64,000 nt of DNA, taken from NCBI RefSeq assembly GCF_009914755.1, contig NC_060930.1. One strand, 5' to 3'. Shown here piece by piece: positions 1-15,475 of this stretch; positions within the stretch are counted from its first letter, which is position 1; each line of letters starts with the position of its first letter. The DNA comes from the human T2T-CHM13v2.0 reference genome, Homo sapiens. The notes below the pieces were generated by a model that was given only the letters and a program-made list of their open reading frames with translations, made no database searches and was not told the origin of the DNA. The position numbers and the translations under genes are program-made.

Positions 1-149
1 TTATCCAAGACTTGGATTTAGTAACATCCTTGGTCTTTAAATCAAGAAAGGCTTTTATGAAGCACCTATATTAGATATAGAACTCTGCACAAAGTGTATT
101 TTCCTCTAACTTTACAGTAGACATTAGTAGAGTTCACCAAATTTCCAAT

Positions 150-780
<631 letters not shown>

Positions 781-1299
781 CCATCGTGACTTCATCACGA
801 TATAACTCATGAGTATTGCTTGAAAATAAATACAGAATCTTTTCAAGGCAAGATATTTTTACACAACTTTTAGTGTAAATTTTGCGGTTTGGGATCAAAA
901 AAGATTATACAGAATTTATATAATAAATAATCTAGAAAAATTCCTTTGTAAACAAAGGAGTCTTTGATAATCATAGAAATAGTATTGATAGGTACACAGT
1001 ATACCTCTGCCTTCTGAAGTTAATGATTTGGGTAACTACATTTTGAAGACATTTTACTGATAACACTAGGACTTAAAAAGATTTTTGCAGCTCACTTGGC
1101 ATCCGGCCATTGGTAAGAGGTGCAGCCAACATTTTACCCTACGTTTCCTTCCCATTATCTTTGACTACCTCCCAATGCTATTCCATAAGTGTTGGATTCG
1201 TTCAGTCTGCAAATATTTACTGAGCACCTTCCATGATTATCTCTGTAAATCTCAGTTCCTCTTGTATACAATGGCAGAAACAATGTCTAAATTTCAATT

Positions 1300-1570
1300 G
1301 GCAATTAAGTGAAAACATAATGTATGTTAAGCACCTGAAATAGTATCTAACATATGTTGGGAGGCAATGCAGGGTAACAAGGAGATCTTTGGTTTTGGAG
1401 TCATGCTTGGGTTTGAATCTATGCTGCACCCTTTGCTAATGGTATTATGTTGGACAAGGCTCTTTACTCCTCTGAGCCTCAGATTCTTCATTTGTAAATG
1501 TGAATAGACATGGGTTGTTACATTGTTTATTGATACTTAAATGAAATGTCTTTCCAGCCTGTATCATAGT
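1300..1570. mobile_element. MIR fragment
   Basis: ctctgagcctcagattcttcatttgtaaatg MIR core. Confidence 0.55.
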
Positions 1571-1730
1571 ACACAGAAAATAGTAGACAGTAAGTAGTAA
1601 CTATTAAAAAGCAGTCATTCTAGGCTAGGCTATAAGGATACAAAGGTGGACAAATGATCATTCAGTTCAAAGAAGGCATTGTACAGTAGAGAAGACAGAT
1701 ATACATATACATACTGTACATTTATGATAA

Positions 1731-1796
1731 TATAAATAGTGCAGAAGAAGTGTGCACAATGCATATAAATAGTGCAGAAGAAGTGTGCGCAGTGCA
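1731..1796. repeat. 33-bp tandem duplication (2 copies)
   Basis: tataaatagtgcagaagaagtgtgc(a/g)ca(a/g)tgca x2. Confidence 0.9.
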
Positions 1797-1968
1797 TACT
1801 GGTAGAACTAAGAAGGAAGCAATGAATTCTTGTGTTAGCATTTAATACACTTTTAATAAATAGCTGCAAAAGTATCAGTTTCTGTCAGTTACTGCTCTTA
1901 CTCGATGTGGGATTGAAAATGTTTAAAGAAAATATCTTGCTATATATATATAAAAAACAAATTATATA

Positions 1969-1970
<2 letters not shown>

Positions 1971-2009
<39 letters not shown>
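1971..2009. repeat. (TA)n microsatellite
   Basis: Direct reading. Confidence 0.95.
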
Positions 2010-2012
<3 letters not shown>

Positions 2013-3221
2013 GGTAGAAAAAAGACAATTGTAACATCAAGGGTATTTTTGTTGTTTTAAAGTGTCATGTTTTGTGCTGGTTGTTTTAGTGTAATATAGC
2101 ATATCTTACTCTGGTGGGAAATGTAGTAAAACAAAAATATTGAGAACAATCTTTAAGGCAGCACCAAGACAACGTTTCTGAAATAGTTCCAATATTATTC
2201 ATAGTGGCTTGTATAATTATGTCCTCTCTCTTCATCCATCATCTTTTCTGTATTTTCAAGGCATAAAAATAAGAGGGAAGAGTCAGCTAAAGCATTTGAC
2301 TTAGTTGACAATTCTTTGATAGCTCATGCATCTCTAAAATTTAGTACTATATTATTGCCAACATTATGTATTTAAATGAATGCAGCTTGATATCAAGAGA
2401 ATGACCATACTGAAGGGGAAAAAAAAATAAACTGCAGCCTTCTTCATGAGTAACACTTGAAACTGTTAAACACATTAAAATCCCATTTAACAAATAGCAG
2501 AACCTAATGAACATTGGGATTGCTCAGTGAGTACTAATGTGGAATATTACTGGGAAAGATGTTTGAGTGTTGAAGTTTCTCATAGCTCAGAATGGTTACA
2601 CAGATTAAGGAGAGGAATGTCTGTTGTTCAAAAGACAAATGAAATTTGTCAGTTCACTGAAAATATTTTTGTTTTTGTATCTTTTTTAAAACTGTTTCTT
2701 AAAGTAGTCAACTGCTCATTCTTCTATTTTGAAATTTCCAGAACTCTTTGTTTAAGTTTTGCATGTCAATTTTATATGAGAAATTCTTGGACTGTATCTA
2801 GATACAGTTAATCAATCTGCTGTTTAGTAAATTGTGGTGATCTATTGTATGATAATCAACTAGTGTATCAACCATGAAATCATCTAATTCTGAAATTAAA
2901 AGGATCAGAATTATAGGTTTATCAAGTGACAGTCCATTAATTCCAGGCAGTTAGATTTCACAATACATTCAGGCGAGTTCTGGTCTCTGGCCTCAAGTTC
3001 TAATGATAACAGTTTCCATTTATCTTCTATGTCAAATCAAACAAGTAATTTGTCTTTTACTTTTCTGATTTTATTCATCTGAAATGTGGCTAGTAGTCTT
3101 TATTGTATCCTTTGCCATGGAGTTTGTTAGTCATTGTTTGTAATAGAACTGTTTTCCATTCATCTATTCATTTATTATTTAAGTATTTAGTCAGTTACTT
3201 TTGTATACATTTATCTGTCTA

Positions 3222-3262
3222 TCTACCCATCCGTCCACCCATCCATCCATCCATCCATTCAT
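3222..3262. repeat. (CCAT)n degenerate tetranucleotide repeat
   Basis: cccatccgtccacccatccatccatccatccattcat. Confidence 0.8.
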
Positions 3263-3429
3263 CAATTCACCCATTCGACAAAAGTCTACTGAACATGAAC
3301 ATGTATGGAGATGATCATCCTGCATATATAGATGGCAAGATAGGTTTCTGTTCTCAAGGAGTAGCCCATAAGCTCATGCCAACATAAGTACTGGCTTTAG
3401 TAACTCTTCAAAACCCCGTTGTGTTAAGG

Positions 3430-3850
3430 AGACTTATCAGGCCCAGAAATTCTGTTTCTAGATATATATCCAAAAGAACTGAAAATAGGTATTATGTGTT
3501 CATGAATATGAATAGCAATATTATTTATGATAGCTCGAAGGTAGAAACAATCCAAATATTCATCAACTGATGAATGAATAAACAAAATGTGGCATGTACA
3601 TGCAGTGAACATTAGTCATTAAAAGGAATGAAATACTGATACATGCTGCAATGAAGTTATCTAGAATAGGTAACTTCATAGCAACAAAAGCAGATTGTTA
3701 GTTTACAGGGGTTAGAGGAAGAGGGGAAAAGAGAATGACTGCCTAATGGATTCTGGGTTTTCTTTTGGGCTGATAAAATGTCTTAGAATTAGATATATGT
3801 CGTAGTTGCACAACATTGTAAATGTACTAAATCACAGAATTGTACAATTT
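3430..3850 (+). mobile_element. Old L1 (L1MB/L1ME-like) 3' fragment
   Basis: atatatccaaaagaactgaaa...aaacaatccaaatattcatcaactgatgaatgaataaacaaaatgtggcat...aatgtactaaa. Confidence 0.7.
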
Positions 3851-5919
3851 ATTTTTTAAATTTTAAATAGGTTTGAAAATTTTCATCCTACCCCAAATGT
3901 CAAAGTTCCTCTCTATGTACAACTTGAAATGCTTAATTTTATATGATGTGAATTTCATCTAAACTAATGACAAGAAAAGTAAATGCCTGTGACACTGCAT
4001 TTTTCATTGACAGGGTTCCTCAGTGAGGGGGGAAAAAAGCATTTAATGATTTTCAAATGACACATGTAACCTAAACACTATAGGACAGTGATATTTGCCT
4101 AATCTAGAACCTTCTACCAGGTTGTCCAAGATGTGCCCCTAGAGAATATAGCACTCAATTAATAGTGTTGGATGAGTTTATTTACAGGTAAAGATAATTG
4201 CCTTGTGTTTAGAGGGTGCCATCTGGCACTCAGCAGCCAGGATGATTCCATCCAACTGCCTATATCTGGTGATTTCAGGGTTAATTTCCTTTTCTGCTTC
4301 CTGATCATATATGAGCTCATACATATTCAAAAGTACTGTCAAGTGTCTAGGATTAGCAAAGTGGGGGTAAAAGCAATGAAAATTTTAGAAATCTATTGCT
4401 GAAAAGCTTACAATTTGGATAAAGATCATCACTTTTGAAGATATGTTTACACCTTGTAATGAGCCTTTTAGCTTTGCTCTCTGGCTTGATTCCCAAATTC
4501 CCAGCATTGATTCCCAAATCTAACAAGTTATTTGGTAATTGTGAATCACTGATCAACAAAAATCTACCATCACTCCTGAGAAAGGAACTGAAAAATGCAG
4601 GCCATAGCGAGAATCAGTTGCTTCTTTCTTATGGTTACAAGATGCCATATCATATGCTATAAAATGTCTATCGGTAATTTTTAAAACTGTGATTATTATG
4701 AGTCAATAGTAGTCATTTAATTATGTGCTCTTAGAGTTTATTTAAAATTTATTTTCATGCACTAAAATGATTTGGAGATACAAATAGTGAAAAGTATATT
4801 TCTTGTAATGTTTTGTAGTAATTTTTATTTGGTTTCAACAGTCAATGAAAATAGGTTAATAAAATGTCTAGTATTTCATAATAACCTACTGTGTGTTACA
4901 TATTATACCAAGAAGTTTATATTCATTTCCTTTTAAATCAAGCTCATGGTGTATGGACTATTATATTATCTCCATTGTATAGAAGAAAAAATTGAGGCCT
5001 AGAAAGAATAAGTTATTTTCTTCTAGGCCACAAGGCTGGTAAATATCAGAGACAGGATATAAATCTTGGTCTATTTGACTCACAAAACTGTATTCTTAAT
5101 AATTAAGCTTTTAAGATGTCCTTTTACACAAAAATAGGAAAAGCAAGTAAGATACCAATAACATTTATTTAAAATGTGAATGCATAGTAAGAAAAGAAAT
5201 ATGTGTGTGACAGCATTTTTTTCCAATTTTCCATTTGGCCAAACCAGCTTTTCTCTAAAATAATGAGTTATGCCAAATCACTCTGCTAAAATCACCAGAT
5301 TGTACAAAAGTACCAATAAAATGAAGGCCATAGATACAGAGAACAATGGATTTAATTTAGGCCAAAAACAAATTCCAGAGATCATTCTAAGTCAGTCAAC
5401 TGAGCACTTTGAGAAAGTTTAGCTTATACCAACTACAAACAAGCAGATTTATCTCTAAGAAAAAGAAAACAAAATTGTTTCCATCTTTTATTTCAATTTA
5501 AAAGCTAAGATGGAATATTAATATTGCCTACTTCTGCTTTCCTTGTTTAAGCACTAAAAGAAATCAAGCAGTCATTGGAATGTTTTCTTTTTTAAAAGAC
5601 CCTTTAACTATATGATTTTAAAAATGTCTGTCTCCAAAAAATGAAAATCAAAACACATAGCCAAGAGCCAAGAGACGAGGAAGAACATTCTCATATCTTT
5701 TCAGCATTTGGAGGTGGTGGTGATTGTGAGCACTTTAGACTGAGCCAACTTGACCTAATATGACAAAGGACCAGAGCTTTTGGTTATGGTATTCATCAGC
5801 TTCCTTTCTCAGCATGCATAATTGGCTTATATTTATGTCATTGTTGCTGTACGATTCCTACAGCTGTATAATACCTAAGAACTTTACTTATTCACCATCT
5901 CTTTTTTCCTCTGCCATAG

Positions 5920-6031
5920 GTTGAGCTCTGTTAACCTTGAATCCGCTGTCTCCTATCCTACTGATGGAAGCATTGCAGCAGCTGTAGAAGTGTGTCAGTG
6001 CCCACCAGGGTATACTGGCTCCTCTTGTGAA
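5920..6031 (+). CDS. LAMA2: LAMA2 exon 15 (112 nt): (R)LSSVNLESAVSYPTDGSIAAAVEVCQCPPGYTGSSCE; end of L4a and resumption of LE
   Basis: Acceptor ctgccatag|G, donor GAA|gtaagc; ORF track 5921 contains the peptide. Confidence 0.96.
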
Positions 6032-8369
6032 GTAAGCTTGCAAGAATGTATCCTTAGTGCTTTCAAAGTTCCCTCAACATTGCTTTCAATAACCTATTCT
6101 AATAAGAGCTGTTTTTTTTCTATCAATAATTACACAAATAATGTGTATCACTTAAAAACAAAACTTGAATATCTACCAAAAGCTGTGGCTTTCAATTAGA
6201 GTATTAACCACATAATTTCATTTTGTAACTCTTTCTCTCTGAGATATTTTGCCTATAACTGAAAATCTGATGTTTCTGTCTTTGCTACATATTTGATCTA
6301 TTGTATGCTGGATGGTAGCAGAATAGCACTTCAAAATATTTTCTCTTCATTTTCATCATAATGTTATCCAAAATTTAGCACTCTATTTTTTTTTTACTTT
6401 TCTCTCATTTTTTAATTCTGTATCACACTTTTCCTCTACTTCATTTCTAAGAATACAACCAAATCACAATCATCTGAAGCATATAATCTTCAGAATGTCA
6501 AGAATATAATATATGGAAAAAATACCTTGATATAGAAAACTGCCTACAGGTCTTTGATTTGTTTAGCACCTAATGTTTGAGATATTTATTGTTGTCTCAA
6601 TATCCTAGATTTATAATAAGATTAATGGTTCTTACTTAATACCGCAGTGTGTCATCCTAAGGTAACAATTTTTATTTGCTTCTGTGTATTTTCTTTTACA
6701 CAGAAAACTGGTGTGAAACTGGTTTTACTTGAAACCTGGTCAAAAAATGTGAACACTATTTCCTTGACAGAGCGCATGGCTAGCAGATAAATAGGAGCTT
6801 AGTTTCTTTAAAATGGTGCCTTTAAGGAATCATTTGAGTGTACTGAGATGTTCCACTTCAGAACACTACCTCATTATGCCATTTATAGAAATACTCTAGG
6901 CATTGCTTTGTCAGTTCTCTCGTACTTTTAAAATAATGCATACATCTAGAGATACGCATTATAGTCATATTCATGACAGCTGTGTTTCCTTTAACTGAGC
7001 TCAGATTCACCTTTCTAGAAATAAAACTAGATATAACTTATAGAAGTACTTGCTTTTCCAAAATTCATGTAGATGAGAGAAAAATAATTATGGATATCAA
7101 TTAGCTATGTCAACCCAAATTTGATTTTACATATAAAATACACAATGTATTTGATGAAACAAGAGCCTTTTGCTCTTGATTCCAAACTATTTGAACTTTT
7201 AAGATCCTCTCTCAATTGGCATAATAAATAACTTAATTCTACTCTTGTTTTAAGGCTTGTTTCCACATACTTTGTTCTCATCCTTTGCATTATCTTTTAT
7301 ACAAATTCTAAGTGCCCACTGAATATAAAATTACTTGAATATTACAATTGCTTAATTGGCTATGCTTTTAGTCTCTTCCTTCTCTCCTTCAAAAATATTT
7401 TCAATACATTCTAGATATGTTTGATAAATTCTGTAAATTTACCTGTATAAATTATTAATAAGTACATACAACATAATCCCTGTCCTATCTGTTTAGGGAG
7501 ACAATAAATATCTATGAAAAATGGGATCTCAGCACTGTATAATTAAGGGAGAGGTATGTGCTACAGAACATACATGCAATAATCATTCAAAGGGATGAGC
7601 TACTGCAGTGGAGAGAGATGCAAAGTGTCCTGGAGTGGAGAAATCTTAAATTGGATGCTAAATAATGGTAACAGATAGATAGAAGCATTTGAGTGTGAAA
7701 AAAAAAGGAGAGATAATAAAAGCTTCCTGTATCTGTCACACAATAATTGTTTGATAAATAAAATTACTTTGTAATCCATAAAAGAACTTAATTGAATCAA
7801 GAGACAATGAATTTTGGAACTTTGGATTTTCTCTCTGACTTCTTCATTTCTTCTACTCTCTAAAATTCATTTTTTCCTTATCAAAACTTTCTGTCCCTAA
7901 ATTCACTATTATTCAGTCCTATCCTTTCATTATTTCATTTGCTTTTCAATTAAGTGTAGTTTGTAAGGCCAGTCATTCTAGCCTTGTTATCACTAATATC
8001 CTGGGATCCCTTAAAAGCTGAGTAAACGCCAAAGACCATTAATGTCTTAATTCCAGCTTGCTGAGAACCTCTGGCCAAAAAAGGATCAAATGACTCCATT
8101 GTAGACATTCTCTTTTACTTCATTTGGGGCCATAGTGTTGATTCAGGATCTTTTTTCTCATTTCTACTTGACTTCTTGTGAAGTGTTCTGCAGTTAAATC
8201 TTTCAAAAATTTTCTTACTTTCATAGTGCTGTCATCATAGATTTCACTTGACAGATGAGACAGGGGATATACTATTAAAAAGAGTGTTATGCAATCTCAG
8301 TTTCTTCTTCCATGAAATGAAAATAATATTAACCACCTCATAGAATTGTTTGTTTGTTCGTACTTTCAT

Positions 8370-10130
8370 TTAGCTGACTAGTATTTGATGAGCGTGTATT
8401 TTGAGACAAACAAGACCCTACACAGGGAAAATAGTGCCATTAACAATACAGATATTGTCCCTGTCCCCAAGGACGTTGCACTGAGTGGTGGCATTAACGA
8501 TATGCCAGAAAGCAAATAGAAATAAACGTGACAAATTCTATGAAGGAAATAAACAGGGTGAAATAAACAGGGTTCTATGATAAAGTTACTGCAAGTGGTT
8601 GTATGAAGGTTAGAAAGTCTACTTTGTAAAAGTTTGTCAGGAAAGGCTTCCTGAGGTGGTGACAGCTAAATCGAGTGTTGAAGAATGAGAGGGACAACGA
8701 TGTAAAACCAGCTGCTAAGGAAGCAGCATAGATCGTGGAGTCTGTAAGGACTGGAAAGAAGGAGCGTGGCTGGAGCCTTGTAAGCAAGGGGAAAAGTGGG
8801 ACAAGAAGTGATTGGAAAAGCAAGGCCATGAGGAGATTTGCACATATGATAAGAAATGAGCATTTTATTCTCATGGCATGGAACATCATTACAAGCCTTT
8901 CAGCAGAGTAGTGGAGTAGTGTAATCTGATTTACATTTTTGGGTTTTGGGGTGTTTTTTGTTGTTTGAGACAGGGTCTTGCTCTGTCACCTAGGCTGGAG
9001 TGCAGTGATGCTGTCATAGCTTGCTGCAGCCTCAAACTCCTGAGCTCAAGTGATCCTCCTGCCTCAGCCTCCTGAGTAGCTGGGACTACAGGTGTATACC
9101 ACCATGCCCAGCTATTTTTTTTTGTTTGTTTTAATAGAGACAAGATCTCAATATGTTGCACAGGCTGATCTCGAACTCCTGAGCTCAAGCAATCCTCCCA
9201 CCTCAGCCTCCCAAAGTTCTGGGGTTACAGGCATGGGCCAACGCACCCAGCCTGAGTTACATTTTTTTGAAGAAGGCATTATGGCTACAGTAGGAAGAAT
9301 GTGTCTTAGGAGGGCATGAATAATAGGAAGGAGAAGGGTTAATATGTAGTTGCAGTGGAACACAGCAATGACAGTAGTTGCTGTTAGGATCATGGCAGGG
9401 AATATAAAAAGAGTTAGCATATTCTATATATATTTTGATAGTAGAACAAATAGGACTTACTGATTCGAGACTGTATGTCAGGGGAGAGATTAAAGAAATA
9501 AAGAGTTTAAGAATGAGTCATAGATGACCAGTTTGAATGATTGATCAGTTGGTTGTGGTGTCATTTACTGAGCTGAGGAATAGTTGGTGTGTGTGGGGGG
9601 GTGGGGGCATGGAATCCATAGTCCAGTTTAGAAATTTTCGATTTGAAAACGCTGTGAAGTGTAAATGTCAATGTGTATTTATAATATTCAGGTCTTAAAT
9701 TCAGCATGTCTGTCTGGTCTAGAGATATGTTTTTGGAAGGCGTCATAAACTATGGAACTGAATAAAATTACCCAGGAGAAAGTGCAATTGATTTAAAAAA
9801 GAGAGAAAAATAGCCCAGCCCAAGCCCTGAGGAGCTCCTGACGTTAAGAAGCAGGGTCAAAGCAGAGGAGACAGCAAAGAAATATGCTAGAAATTTGGGA
9901 AGTGTGATGTCATGAAGTTGAGAAAAGAAATTGTGGGAGGAAAAGGAGTCAGCTAGGCCCAAGGCTGATGAAAGGTTGGATAAAATGCAATTGCAGAATT
10001 GTCCATCGAATTTGGCTGCATGGAATTTGGTGACAAGGACAAGAGCAGTTTTAATTGAGAGGTGGTGACACAAAACAGATTAGAATGGAATGAAGTGTGA
10101 AAAAGAGGTGAGGAATATAATACTTGTTAA
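8370..10130 (-). mobile_element. L2 LINE fragments, interrupted by an Alu
   Basis: aggaaaggcttcctgaggtggtgaca..., purine-rich L2-like segments, ggaatttggtgacaaggacaagagcagttt. Confidence 0.6.
8941..9252 (-). mobile_element. Alu (AluJ-like), antisense
   Basis: gagacagggtcttgctctgtcacc...ctcctgagctcaagtgatcctcc; TSD ctga(t/g)ttacattttt at 8926-8940 and 9252-9266. Confidence 0.93.
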
Positions 10131-10849
10131 GAGTAGTGTTACTGAAAAGAAAAACATAGATGACTAGAAAAGTTATATGAGGCTAAGAGGACAGTTTTGT
10201 CATTTGTGTTTTGTTTATTTTTGATGGAGACACTAGATCATATTTTTTTGTGCTGATAGTAATGACCCAGTAGAAGGGAAAGTTATTACTAATCCATCAG
10301 AGAGAGTGAATATTGAGAAGATAACAGATGCTGGAATCAGATGACAAGTGGAGTAATATTTCTTTAGGAGGAAGGACCCCACATTCCCCACATCACTTGT
10401 TTGGAATGGGAATATGGCAACAAGGTTTGGAGATATATGCTTAGATCTCTGGACTTGTTAGTGCAAAGGCAGCTTTAATTTTTTTCTGTGAGTAATAAGT
10501 TAAAATCACTGGCTAAAAGAGAGGTGTAAGGAGTTGGGAAGTTTGAAGAAAGAAGACGTGGTATGAGTACTGCATTTGCAGAGTATTAAAACAAAACAAA
10601 AAAACTTATTAAGGAAAACTTCATGAATATCTGTCTGAAAACAGTAGATTAGTTCTCTCCCTTTTCTCAACATCCTTAATTTCTACCCCCTTATGAATAT
10701 GTAGCTTCACCAGCTTTTAAAAATGTATATTACAGAAGGAAATCACTTCTATAATGAATCTAGGGAGGCAAAAAATGTAATGGGGAGAAATGGGAAGGGA
10801 TTTAATTGGGAGAAATGGAAACGGAACAGGATAGAAATTTGACAATTTT

Positions 10850-11088
10850 GGGTTGGTTGTGGGGGTTGAAAAATGAGAACACATGGACACAGGGAGGGGA
10901 ACATTATACACTGGGGCCTGTCGGAGGGTGGGGGGCTAGGGGAAGGATAGCATTAGGAGAAATATCTAATGTAGATGATGGGTTGATGGGTTCAGGAAAC
11001 CACCATGGCACGTGTATACCTATGTAACAAACCTGCACGTTCTGCACATGTATCCCAGAACTTAAAGTATAATAATAATTTTGAAAAC
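10850..11088 (+). mobile_element. 5'-truncated L1PA 3' UTR insertion with TSD
   Basis: aatgagaacacatggacacaggg...tatgtaacaaacctgcacgttctgcacatgtatcccagaacttaaagtataat; TSD aaatttgaca(a/c)tttt at 10835-10849 and 11089-11103. Confidence 0.92.
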
Positions 11089-12314
11089 AAATTTGACACT
11101 TTTTTTGGTACTGTTCAAATTAAGGGGAAAGTTCATTTTATTTTATTTTCAGATATAAAGTATCAGTACATAAATTTTTTTATGTGTTCATTATTGATGT
11201 TCAAATTTGAGAGTCCTCATATCCTGAGGCAGAAGGAACATTTCCACGGAGCATAACACAATTCTATATCCTTTATTACTTCAGTGGTTTCTCTTCTGTT
11301 TTCTTTTTCAACTGGAAAAGAAGGGCTTTTCATGATATATGATGTTGTACTCGACCATCCAGAAATATAGTAAATAACCCACAAGATGCAATTTCACTGG
11401 AGGGTGATCATAAGCTCTTAGAGGGCAGCAGTATTTGCCTCATGCTTATTTTGCATCTCATCCATTTTGTAGTAATCCCCACAGATGGAAAACTTAATTA
11501 AGGATGATGGGGAACTTAGAGCAGGCACTGACACAGGGAATCTAAGACTAAAATACCCTGTTTTAATCAGAATTCAGTTTTTATATAATAAAGTGTTTCA
11601 CATTTTAAACAAGGAATGAAAAATACAAGCAAAGTTACAGAAGAATGCCATAAAATAAGCTATCAAGAATGTGAGAAATAAATCATAAACTTTTTGTGTA
11701 AATTTGAGAAAGCATAATAGGATGGAGGAAATTTAGCATGAAATACATGAATTATATATGTGTAGAAATTAGCTGTGTATGTGGTCAAATATAAGTGTGG
11801 GTGCTGCCTTTCTTCCAAATCATGTCAAAGATTTTCTGGAAATGATGACGTTAAGGGCAATTAGTATATGGGCAAGTGAACACATTCCAGAGAATCAAAA
11901 TTGCTTGGGATGACATCGGGTACTCTCTTAGGCTAAGACTATATGATGAGTCCTTTTATATCAGCTGCCTTTTTTACAGTACTTTTTCTTCTACTTTCCT
12001 GTCTGTGCTTTTTTCTTTGAGACTGTCACATTTCAATTCTTTATATCTCTGCTTTATTTTACCATTTCAGAAGAAACACCAAGCTAATGCTTCCTCTAAT
12101 CTCATACCTGCCAATAACACTAAGGTCAGTGCAAAGCCCCAGTGTCAGGAGGAATAGCTCTGTTGCAATGTTTCAATAATGGCAATGCTTTGACAAGCAC
12201 ATTTGATGAGTTTCCTACCTGTTATTTTCTGTTATCAGAAAACAAACACAAACAAACAAAAACACCTTTTTGTTTTAATCTCCAAGACTGACTAAAGCCT
12301 TATCTTTCTCTCAG

Positions 12315-12428
12315 TCTTGTTGGCCTAGGCACAGGCGAGTTAACGGCACTATTTTTGGTGGCATCTGTGAGCCATGTCAGTGCTTTGGTCATGCGGAGTC
12401 CTGTGATGACGTCACTGGAGAATGCCTG
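12315..12428 (+). CDS. LAMA2: LAMA2 exon 16 (114 nt): SCWPRHRRVNGTIFGGICEPCQCFGHAESCDDVTGECL
   Basis: tctttctctcag|TCT ... CTG|gtaagt; phase 0/0; LE cysteine pattern. Confidence 0.96.
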
Positions 12429-15400
12429 GTAAGTGCTCTCTTCTTTGGGGATGCTGATTGACAAGGCTGAAATCACCTCGACAGATGCTACAATTCAGCT
12501 ACTACCCTGGGGACCTTAAACACTTGAGTCAAGAAGTGCTTTGACAAAGATCTTTGTATTGAACTGAATTGGAACTGAGAATGCTCTTTCATATGTGATC
12601 TCCCTAATGAATATGAGGAAGTGTTTATTCATATTAAATCAAGAATTAAATTAGAATCAGATATATTTTTATAAGGCATAACTTCTGATTGGAAGTATAA
12701 CTACCATGAATATATATGGTTTCACTTTCTTCCATAAATCTATGAAAAGTACAGTGTACTTTTAAAATAGAAAATAATTTATATCCCCATAATATGAAAA
12801 GTGTAAAATATAACCTTTATAGTAAACATAATTAAGTTTTCTTCATGTTGAAAATGAAAACATACTACATATTTTTATTTAAAATGTTCATAATTTAACT
12901 AAATGCATAGTGTCATTTGTAGATTAAAAATAAAAACAATATGTAATACATATTCACCAGAGCTGCTTCTCCTTTGCAATTAAGTCTAAGCTTTAACCAG
13001 AAAATAGGCTTTACAAAGTGCAAAGCACTTTCCATCCTGCTAAGAAACCTTAGGATTGGAGAATTACACTGAATAGACCATTCTGATTAACTCAAGGGCA
13101 CATTAGTTTTATATTGTCTGACATGGCATGAAGCTTGAAACAACACTTCTCCTTTCATTAGTCTTGCAGAAACACAATTTAAAATGGTGCCAATTAAGGA
13201 GGATATTATACTCTCATTTCCCTGAAGAATTTAAGGCGGATTCTGTTACCTGTAATTCTTAATGTTCTATCTTTCTCTTGCTCATTTTCCCCCATTTCTC
13301 TTCTACTTAAAAGCTTCTGGGAAAAATCCAAAATGAAAATTCAGGGCTTTTGTTTCAGTGTAATTTGGCATTTAGGTTTGTTGATGCTCTTTCCCTTTTC
13401 TCTATATAAGATTTTGTTTAATTGCATTGCATTATGAAGCATGAGAGCCTTAATTTGTGGATCAGTGGATTTTTGAAATGACATTTTTATGAATAGAAAG
13501 ACTAAGTGATTTTCATTTTAATTATGCCATAAGTCTTTTAAAATGTACTTTGGGAAAAATATTGGGTTACATTTAAACACTTCACTAACATGCAGTAGGA
13601 AATAATACTCAGCCCAAAACTGACATGGAATTGTTTTACTTACCCTAAGAAGACAAAAATAAGTATGTCATAATACCAAACTCATGATGTTCCATATAGT
13701 CATATTTCATGAATTCATTAGGATAAAATCAAATCAAATTTTCATGCTGAATTCATTAGGATGAAAGCAAATTAGTCCATTTGTTGATGTGATATTTCTA
13801 AAACTAGAAGCCTTTTTTAACTAATAAAACAGTGTCATTCAGCATAATTTTGAGAGAAGGAAGGGAGAGAACAGACCCTACTAATGATGCCTAGTTTACT
13901 GATTTTGTTTCATGAACAGGGAGATAGGAGGTCTCCTTCAAATAACAGAGCGATCTTGAGGAAACAGTGGACATCTTGATGATAAAGACAGAATCTGGTG
14001 TTTCCTGAATTTTCCATCATAGCTAGTAAATAGGTGATCATGTAGGATATACTGACTTTCAAGTGCCCTTTCTCCAAAATTGTATTGATAACTAAGTGCT
14101 GATATTCCATTTTGAGTATATGGGTTCTGATACAATACACAAAGAGGAGAATATTTGAATGTTGCTCATCAAGGGCATTCTTACTGTTCAGCTGACCCTG
14201 CATTTTAGCTTCTTGTTTATTTTTCATGGTTTTAACCCACCATTAAGTAGCATGGTTTTTAGCATGAAAAATAAATTTATAAATTTATAAAGCTTAACTT
14301 GCTTTAAAATTTGATTATAAATTATCTGAAAAATATTTTTGGCACCAGAACAAAATCTAAACTTCTGCAATAGTGTAGGTCTATATTTAAAAGACATTTT
14401 AACTCAAAGTCCATTTGAAGTAAGCCAGGAAGTATTCAATGTCACATGGGAAGATTTCATGCTTGCTTCTTCTCATAGTTCTTGTGGTATGTAATGTGAG
14501 CAAAATTTTGTAAAGCACTTTCGTAACAGGACACCTGTAAAAATAACCAATCCATCAGAGTGAAGCTTCCATCTTTTTTTTTTTTTTTATTTCCATTATA
14601 TAGGTTGTCTGATGCAGTTTTCTGGTTTCCACTACAAAAATACTTGAGTTTTAAGATGATTTTTATTTGATGAAACGTGACATTAGAAAATGTAAGAACT
14701 ACATGTTATTTGTCTTTTAAATCAATAATTGGAAATAAAAAACCCTCTCAATTATGCAAGATTTTCAGTTGAATGTTAGAAATACCATTTTCAACATGTT
14801 TAAGGCAAAATTAATTTTTGATTCAATTTTTTAAAACCCTTAAGTATTTGAAGACATAATTTTAGTTGTATCAGTGAGATAACATGCAAATAATTTTACA
14901 AAAAAACAAGCAATTCTTTAGTAATAGCTTAGTTTAGCTAAACTTAAAAATTGAAAGGAAGTAAAACAAAAATCAAATCGGGGAAAAAATCTTTCTTCAA
15001 ATGGATCCATGTTTTGCACATTAAATCCCAATATACTGCATTATTAAGGCAACTATTCATAGTGAAGCTGACCTTAATGCTATCTTTTAAAAAGTTTTGT
15101 TAAAAATAAATTTGAGAAAGAATTTTAAATAACTTAGAGAAAAGACTGTTTTCAAATATCACCAGTTACTACAGAAATACATATCCACATTTAGTTGATG
15201 AAATTGGCACGTGATGTTTAAAATTTTTCAATTTTCTCCATGTTTAATTATGAGTCAAGCAAGCTTCTCACAGATGTAATACAGTAGTGCATTGTCCAAA
15301 CCATCAGAGTCCACTGAGGCCAAAATTCATGTCTGAGCTAAGAGGCCATAGCCCCGGAGGATTTCTATGATTAGCCACAGTTCCCATTAAATCAGCAATT

Positions 15401-15474
15401 TCAAGCTGAACAATTGATTTTTACCTAGAATCAGCTACAATTTCCATTAAACATATGTTATTAGTGCTCTATGA

Positions 15475-15475
<1 letters not shown>

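Noticed and set aside
8931-9420. ORFs of 75-90 aa here, and similar ones near 36893, 49099, 50190, 54843, 55919 and 59106
   Set aside because: Translations of Alu sequence ([25 protein letters not shown]), not genes
13705-13772. Short direct duplications (also near 8546, 19316, 21716 and 38232)
   Set aside because: 12-35-bp slippage duplications are ordinary in intronic DNA and show no sign of function
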